Notes under the pieces: generated by a model
Databases searched by the model: none
Told to the model about the DNA's origin: nothing
What the model saw: the letters and a program-made list of their open reading frames with translations, nothing else
Part shown: one piece after another, positions 61,501-64,000 of the stretch
Numbering within the stretch: the stretch's first letter is position 1
Layout of the letters: each line of letters starts with the position of its first letter
NCBI GenBank assembly: GCA_013265495.1
Contig: MU058463.1
Location: 3,990,244 to 4,054,243, forward strand
Length of the DNA stretch: 64,000 bases
From: Vicugna vicugna
Lineage: Eukaryota
Reading direction: 5' to 3'
Translations under genes and position numbers: made by a program

Positions 61501-63532
61501 TATGATTTAAGTTGTGGACTTCTCAGAAAATCAGATAAAAATGAATAGAGAACGAAAAATGTTTTCTTCAGTGTGTATGGGGAAATGCCAGTGGATAATT
61601 TTATATGCAAGGAAATAACTGCTTAAAAACAATAACTGATTATAAGTCAGAATTGTTCATGTCACAAAATTAAGAGCATGGTGGGTTTTGTTTTATTTTG
61701 TTTTAATTAGAGTGAACATGCAGGGGATTCCACTCATTCTCACAGATGGACGTCTCTGGAATTAGTCAAAGGAACTTATACAACAGATGATTCACCCAGT
61801 GATATAGCTGAAATCAGACTTGACAAAGTTGTTCCTTTAAAGGTAATTTTAACAGTATATTTCTTTTGTAAATAGAGTGTATTATTATGTAGTTTACTTT
61901 AAAAATAGTGAGAAGTGTTCCTTTATATGATCTTTAAATGTTCATAGAGTGCAAACTATATTGCTGATGTTGTACTGTATATATTCTAGTTTTGCAGAAG
62001 ATCTCTTAAAGTCTGGTATAGTAGAGAGAAAGTATCCTTAGGCTTTGGAGCCAAACAGACTAGCTTCAGATACCTGCTCTTCCAAATGTTAGCTCTAAGA
62101 CGTTGGACATTTATGTCATCATTCTACCACTCTAAGACTTATCATTAGATTGGGAAGGAGAAATACCTCCATTGTAGTGTTGTTCAGAGCAAATTAAGTA
62201 AGGGAATAAAGTACTTGCCTCGATGTCTAACACAATATAGAAACTCAATAATTATTAGATATTAGTTCCTGTCTCTCCTTCTTTTATTATCCTAAAACTC
62301 ATTTAAAAAACAATTGGTCTTAACAGATAGTTTTAATTATTAAAGTTATTGTTATTTTATATAACTTGTCTAGTAGTAAATAACTAGCAAAACAAATTTT
62401 ACTTAACACTAAAACAACAATGAATAGAGTAATTCTGAATCCAGCTGTATTAATTTTCATTATACAGCAGAATTTTGGATGAGGTAAGTTCATCAGTGAC
62501 TTCATCAAAAAGATAAATGATACCCAAAGACAAAAACACTTTCATTATGATGTTTCTGTCATGGATAATTAGGCGCTGGTACCTATGTCTCACGTTTTCT
62601 GTATACAGTGAATCCTATTTTGGATGACTTTTTCTTAATGGATTTTTTTTCCCCATCTCTATCTGCCTATCTATTTCTGTCTCTGAATGTCTCTCTTAAA
62701 ATTAGTTTATGTATTTAAAATCTTCTATTATGGCTGATATTCTTTACAGTGTTATTAAGAGCAAGAACTAGAGTCACACTGCCTATATTCAAATCCTAGT
62801 TTCATCACTTATTAGCTGTGTGACTTTGGACAAGTTACTTATCTTCTAGTGCTGCAGATTCCTCATCTGTAAAATAGGGATAATAATGGTACTTACCTTA
62901 TGAGATCATTTTAGGGAATAATTTAATTAAAGTAAATCACGGAAAGTATTTAGGACAGTTTCTGTCAAGTAATAAACATCAATAAGTTCATTACCACCCT
63001 CATTGATTCATTAAAACTCATTTAACCAAGTCATCTATAAATATAACAGATTCAGTATACAATTGACCCGTGAACAACGTGGGGGTTGGGGCACTGACTC
63101 TCCTTGCAGTGGAAAATCTGATTATGTAGCTCTTTGTATACATGGTCCCTCCCTGTCACTGGTTTCCCATGTGTGGATCGCATAGTACTGTAGTACTTAT
63201 TATCAGAAAAAATCCTGTATAAGTAAACCCGTGTTCAAACCTGTGTTGCTCAAGGGTCAACTGTATTTGCCCAGTTTGCTGCTAGAATTCATTTTACATA
63301 TCCTCTGTACATTATGAATAAATATAAACATGCTTTACATCTTTGTTGTAAAGGAAAATGTTAAATATGCTGTGCGCTTGAGGAACTATGGAAGCCGCAC
63401 AGCCAACGGAGACGGAGGAATGACCACAGTGCAGTGCCCGGATGGCGTGACGTTTACATTCAGCACGTGCAGCCTGAGCAGTAATGGCACAAACCAAACC
63501 AGAGGACAGATTCCGCAGATTCTCTACTACAG
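1592..63532 (+). CDS. MYCBP2: MYCBP2 (PAM/Phr1; Highwire/RPM-1 ortholog) E3 ubiquitin ligase, internal portion: 23 spliced exons, 3475 nt, incomplete at both ends
   Basis: Exons joined at GT-AG sites give one uninterrupted frame from (G)[17 protein letters not shown] to GQIPQILYY(R), with all phases compatible. It contains RCC1-type repeats ([32 protein letters not shown]) and two PHR domains ending GQIPQ[L/I]LY. Recognised as MYCBP2. Confidence 0.98.
3597..3736 (+). mobile_element. tRNA-derived SINE, camelid Vic-1-like
   Basis: GGGGAGGGTATAGCTCAGTGGTAGAGC A-box, GGTTCAATCCC B-box, A-rich tail; 16-bp TSD TAAAGTTAG[G/A]ACTTCT at 3581-3596 and 3737-3752. Confidence 0.9.
4392..4537 (+). CDS. 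MYCBP2: MYCBP2 exon (2, 146 nt, phase 2-1): [48 protein letters not shown]
   Basis: Acceptor tttattttttag-type tract ending at ag 4390-4391; donor G|gtaata; frame continues from the previous exon. Confidence 0.96.
4802..4903 (+). CDS. MYCBP2: MYCBP2 exon (3, 102 nt, phase 1-1): [34 protein letters not shown]
   Basis: Acceptor catctag|CT with a weak pyrimidine tract; donor AG|gtaaga. Confidence 0.94.
6538..6596. mobile_element. MER5A-like fragment
   Basis: taacaagccctccaggtgattctgat...gtgtgagaaccactg matches the MER5A end. Confidence 0.7.
7693..7915 (+). mobile_element. MIR SINE
   Basis: Core ctctgaacctcagtttccttacctttaaaatgg...gaggattaaatga. Confidence 0.75.
8700..9520 (-). mobile_element. 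Old L1ME-like fragments
   Basis: aatggacattaaggttattttcagg...ttttgctataataaata pattern; highly diverged, approximate. Confidence 0.5.
9540..10800 (+). mobile_element. L2 LINE 3' fragments (two pieces)
   Basis: gaccatgagcttcttgaagcagagatggtgtcttg...acctagcatgatgcctg and terminal tgaataaatgaatg, typical of L2 3' ends. Confidence 0.6.
12544..12651 (+). CDS. MYCBP2: MYCBP2 exon (4, 108 nt, phase 1-1): [36 protein letters not shown]
   Basis: Acceptor tttctcctcag|GC; donor AAG|gtattt; inside ORF 12480..12980. Confidence 0.93.
15020..15640. mobile_element. Cluster of three MIR fragments (+, +, -)
   Basis: cagtttccttatttgaaaaataggaatgataat; ggttttcccaactgcaaaatg; reverse gagccaagattccaatccaagtc. 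Confidence 0.65.
18727..18846 (+). CDS. MYCBP2: MYCBP2 exon (5, 120 nt, phase 1-1): [40 protein letters not shown]
   Basis: Acceptor cacttacag|AT; donor CAG|gtagca; RCC1-type [10 protein letters not shown] motif. Confidence 0.96.
19785..19866 (+). CDS. MYCBP2: MYCBP2 exon (6, 82 nt, phase 1-2): [27 protein letters not shown] (RCC1 repeat)
   Basis: Acceptor ggtttcag|TG; donor CAG|gtactt. Confidence 0.96.
20390..20840. mobile_element. ERVL-class solo LTR remnant (LTR33/LTR16-like)
   Basis: ttcccacctccattgtagcagg...ataaacttctatcctgttcaagcc...ctgcttaataca end pattern; family uncertain. Confidence 0.5.
20875..21310. mobile_element. ERVL LTR16-like solo LTR remnant
   Basis: gagacagaattagatgtgcagagggtttattgggaggaaactcctgtgaaagat...ccttcagacc...cagtgcagttctgaga resembles LTR16-family consensus. 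Confidence 0.6.
21607..21832. mobile_element. MER5-like hAT-Charlie MITE
   Basis: Terminal inverted repeats CAGTGATTCTTAATCCTGG (from 21607) and CCAGGATTAAGAACCACTG (to 21832), 18/19 complementary. Confidence 0.8.
21960..22900 (+). mobile_element. Degraded hAT-Charlie (Buster/ZBED5-type) transposase relic
   Basis: Peptide remnant [18 protein letters not shown] (ORF 22272..22454) resembles the W..C..I.TDGA..M motif; [10 protein letters not shown] lies upstream; multiple stops. Confidence 0.6.
23430..23640 (+). mobile_element. MIR SINE
   Basis: tgaccttgaccaagttacttaactttccagtgtctcagtttcttc. Confidence 0.75.
24330..26320 (+). mobile_element. Diverged L2 fragments, interrupted at about 25100-25285 by a hAT-Charlie-type MITE remnant
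   Basis: Pyrimidine-rich L2-like tracts; MITE end gggttaagaactcctg; approximate. Confidence 0.5.
26505..26755 (-). mobile_element. MIR SINE
   Basis: gaaaactgaag...gagtaacttgctcaaagcca. Confidence 0.7.
27306..27423 (+). CDS. MYCBP2: MYCBP2 exon (7, 118 nt, phase 2-0): [39 protein letters not shown] (RCC1 repeat)
   Basis: Poly-T tract then aacctag|G; donor TCT|gtaagg; absent from the ORF track, translated by hand. Confidence 0.96.
28090..30100 (-). mobile_element. Old L1M (L1MB/L1MC-like) 3' region fragments
   Basis: Reverse L1 3'-end style sequence (ttacattctcaccagcaatatatgagagtgtctgtttctccacagccttgccagc); boundaries approximate. Confidence 0.7.
30889..31026 (-). mobile_element. tRNA-derived SINE, Vic-1-like
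   Basis: Reverse copy of the same family (GATTGAACCCAGGACCTCGTGCATGCT); TSD TTGTGACTGTGT at 30877-30888 and 31027-31038. Confidence 0.9.
32005..32209 (+). CDS. MYCBP2: MYCBP2 exon (8, 205 nt, phase 0-1): [68 protein letters not shown]
   Basis: Acceptor tctttttag|AAA; donor AG|gtaata; ORF 32029..32256. Confidence 0.96.
32844..32997 (+). CDS. MYCBP2: MYCBP2 exon (9, 154 nt, phase 1-2): [51 protein letters not shown]
   Basis: Acceptor tttttcccccaag|GC; donor GAG|gtaagc. Confidence 0.96.
33160..33365 (+). mobile_element. MIR SINE (a second fragment lies at about 32670-32790)
   Basis: gtgtagcagttaaaagcatgcgttctgagctagactg...ggcacatagtaggtgct. Confidence 0.7.
35640..36960 (-). mobile_element. 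L2 LINE fragment
   Basis: Purine-rich reverse-L2 pattern (gagtaggcagggccaggacatgcaggactttgtagg; agtcaaagatgattcccaaggttctg). Confidence 0.75.
37400..38030 (+). mobile_element. Old L1 ORF1-region remnant
   Basis: A-rich; gcaatatttgaagaaagagtgcctaggaattttccaaaac resembles L1 ORF1 coding sequence. Confidence 0.55.
38110..38625 (-). mobile_element. L1MA/L1MB-like 3' end fragment
   Basis: cccctgacaaccaccattctgctttcta...gctgaataatattccactgtatg...gggcatttgggttgcttccac is typical of a reverse L1 3' end. Confidence 0.8.
38966..39029 (-). mobile_element. Extremely 5'-truncated L1 3' tail (~64 bp) with TSD
   Basis: Minus strand TACACTGGAATTTGATACAACATTGTAAAATTATTATAAATCAATAAAAAATGTTAAAAAAAA (L1 3'-terminal motif, AATAAA, polyA); flanks AGAAGACTGTCCTTT and AGGAGACCATCCTTT. 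Confidence 0.7.
40294..40466 (+). CDS. MYCBP2: MYCBP2 exon (10, 173 nt, phase 2-1): [57 protein letters not shown]
   Basis: Acceptor tctttcttgaaag|G; donor TAG|gtaggg; ORF 40259..40483. Confidence 0.96.
41359..41484 (+). CDS. MYCBP2: MYCBP2 exon (11, 126 nt, phase 1-1): [42 protein letters not shown] (start of PHR1)
   Basis: Acceptor gcttttag|GT; donor AAA|gtatgt. Confidence 0.96.
41572..41699 (+). CDS. MYCBP2: MYCBP2 exon (12, 128 nt, phase 1-0): [43 protein letters not shown] (PHR1)
   Basis: Acceptor gtcttttag|GT; donor AAG|gtaagc; 87-nt upstream intron. Confidence 0.96.
42430..43110 (+). mobile_element. L2 LINE fragment
   Basis: ccagttgctcaggcccaaaatcttggagtcatccttgacttccctctttc matches the L2 core. 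Confidence 0.8.
43729..43820 (+). CDS. MYCBP2: MYCBP2 exon (13, 92 nt, phase 0-2): [30 protein letters not shown] (PHR1)
   Basis: Acceptor tttccccag|CTG; donor GAG|gtaaag. Confidence 0.96.
45220..45440 (-). mobile_element. MIR SINE (a further reverse fragment lies at about 46400-46600)
   Basis: atccctattttcagatgaagaaattgag...gtaacttgcccaatgtcac. Confidence 0.75.
45802..45936 (+). CDS. MYCBP2: MYCBP2 exon (14, 135 nt, phase 2-2): [44 protein letters not shown] (PHR1)
   Basis: Acceptor ttttcctctcag|A; donor TGG|gtaagc. Confidence 0.96.
47322..47405 (+). CDS. MYCBP2: MYCBP2 exon (15, 84 nt, phase 2-2): [27 protein letters not shown] (end of PHR1)
   Basis: Acceptor ttcttttcttag|G; donor CAG|gtattt. 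Confidence 0.96.
48592..48688 (+). CDS. MYCBP2: MYCBP2 exon (16, 97 nt, phase 2-0): [32 protein letters not shown]
   Basis: Acceptor accttcag|A; donor GTG|gtaagc; ORF 48527..48751. Confidence 0.96.
49785..50128 (+). mobile_element. MER2-like TcMar-Tigger non-autonomous element
   Basis: ta|cagtcatcccttgatatccacagggggattggttccaggacccc...aatacaatgtaaatactatgtaaatagttgt...ttggttaaatccatagat. Confidence 0.8.
51248..51440 (+). CDS. MYCBP2: MYCBP2 exon (17, 193 nt, phase 0-1): [64 protein letters not shown]
   Basis: Acceptor ggtttag|GAA; donor CAG|gtatga; ORF 51266..51505. Confidence 0.96.
51947..52221 (+). CDS. MYCBP2: MYCBP2 exon (18, 275 nt, phase 1-0): [19 protein letters not shown]...[15 protein letters not shown]
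   Basis: Acceptor ttctcttaaag|CT; donor CAG|gtaatt; ORF 51874..52230. Confidence 0.95.
52465..52498. repeat. (GT)17 microsatellite
   Basis: Perfect dinucleotide run. Confidence 0.97.
52640..54410 (+). mobile_element. Degraded old LINE-1 ORF2 fragment (endonuclease through start of RT), same strand as MYCBP2
   Basis: A-rich; remnant peptides such as [20 protein letters not shown] (ORF 52838..53035) and the GGGGACTTCAG (GDFN-like) motif resemble the L1 endonuclease; many stops and frameshifts; boundaries approximate. Confidence 0.85.
54048..54190 (-). mobile_element. tRNA-derived SINE, Vic-1-like, nested in an old L1 ORF2 fragment
   Basis: GGGGATTGAACCCAGGACC...CTACCACTGAACTATACCC; TSD CAATGTAATTG[T/A]TATTTG at 54030-54047 and 54191-54208. 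Confidence 0.9.
54944..55165 (+). CDS. MYCBP2: MYCBP2 exon (19, 222 nt, phase 0-0): [29 protein letters not shown]...[10 protein letters not shown]
   Basis: Acceptor tttttaaaag|GAT; donor CAG|gtgagt; ORF 54995..55195. Confidence 0.95.
56548..56570. repeat. (AC)11 microsatellite
   Basis: Perfect dinucleotide run. Confidence 0.95.
58200..58391 (+). CDS. MYCBP2: MYCBP2 exon (20, 192 nt, phase 0-0): [30 protein letters not shown]...[10 protein letters not shown]
   Basis: Acceptor gtgtcatag|AAT; donor GAG|gtgatg; ORF 58221..58433. Confidence 0.95.
60477..60683 (+). CDS. MYCBP2: MYCBP2 exon (21, 207 nt, phase 0-0): [69 protein letters not shown] (start of PHR2)
   Basis: Acceptor ttctttatag|ATT; donor GAT|gtaagt. 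Confidence 0.96.
61127..61274 (-). mobile_element. tRNA-derived SINE, Vic-1-like
   Basis: GGGGATTGAACCCAGGACCTCGTGCATGCTAAGC; TSD TACA[A/C]ATTGTTT at 61115-61126 and 61275-61286. Confidence 0.9.
61711..61842 (+). CDS. MYCBP2: MYCBP2 exon (22, 132 nt, phase 0-0): [44 protein letters not shown] (PHR2)
   Basis: Acceptor ttttaattag|AGT; donor AAG|gtaatt. Confidence 0.96.
62745..62990 (+). mobile_element. MIR SINE (a more diverged copy lies at about 62020-62260)
   Basis: ttcaaatcctag...attagctgtgtgactttggacaagttactt...ttcctcatctgtaaaatagggataataat. Confidence 0.8.
63060..63263. mobile_element. Tigger2-family MITE with TIRs and TA target duplication
   Basis: TA|CAATTGACCCGTGAACAAC ... GTTGCTCAAGGGTCAACTG|TA. 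Confidence 0.8.
63354..63532 (+). CDS. MYCBP2: MYCBP2 exon (23, 179 nt, phase 0-2): [59 protein letters not shown] (end of PHR2)
   Basis: Acceptor ttgttgtaaag|GAA; donor CAG|gtaggt; ORF 63330..63536. Confidence 0.96.
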
Positions 63533-64000
63533 GTAGGTGTGTTTATGGAGATCAAGGAGCTCCTCTAAAGCGGTAGAATGTGTACAGTTTACTACCAAGG
63601 TGAAAAATGCTGAACTGGTAGTGATAATTAAATTATACAATGTATCTTCCTTGCATGTGTTAATTCATATAAAAAGGTCTCATTTTAATATATTAAATTC
63701 AGTGTTTACTTTAAAATGTTCTTTGTCATTATCTCTTTAATATCTTTGAAATGTTTATTTATATACTGGGCGTATGTGCTATTTATTGTCACCTTTATAG
63801 TTTTGTGGTCTGCAGCTTCAAATTCAAATGGAATTTATTCATTTATTTTTTAAAAATACCAAAAATTAATGATCAAATCAACTCTGCTGAAATACTGGTG
63901 TTACCTTGATCCAGTTATCAAGTCTGTAGAATATTTTGATGTCTGTGAATCTAGTCCTTGGAGCCCTACAATATATAGTGATCTGCTTCTAATAATATTT

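Noticed and set aside
1..64000. CRISPR arrays, operons, rRNA, snoRNA or a nested protein-coding gene
   Set aside because: This is mammalian intron-exon DNA. I saw no repeat-spacer array, no convincing C/D or H/ACA box arrangement and no second coherent exon chain, though small ncRNAs cannot be excluded without an Infernal/Rfam scan.

Overview
Mammalian genomic DNA, AT-rich except for the first 1.4 kb. Four copies of a tRNA-derived Vic-1-type SINE point to a camelid (alpaca, llama or camel). The whole window lies inside MYCBP2 (PAM/Phr1, a giant E3 ubiquitin ligase) on the + strand. I traced 23 consecutive internal coding exons (1592-63532), all GT-AG with matching phases: 3475 nt, 1157 complete codons, no stop. 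They encode the Cys-rich/basic insert in the RCC1-like domain, the C-terminal RCC1-like repeats, PHR domain 1, the inter-PHR region and PHR domain 2. The gene start and end are outside the window. Introns hold old repeats (MIR, L2, L1M, ERVL LTRs, hAT-Charlie and Tigger relics) and younger lineage-specific insertions with target-site duplications. The top observation is at 1-1371: the CpG-rich, apparently intact 5' UTR of a young LINE-1 inserted antisense about 220 bp upstream of a MYCBP2 exon. On the host strand it carries a YY1-like motif overlapping a strong-Kozak ATG (722) and a splice donor (788/789). That donor would join 22 L1-derived codons in frame to the MYCBP2 exon at 1592, giving a candidate ORF0-like L1-MYCBP2 fusion isoform. 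This is a hypothesis from sequence only. Repeat family names come from recalled consensus similarity, not a database search. Nearly all other ORFs in the track look spurious.
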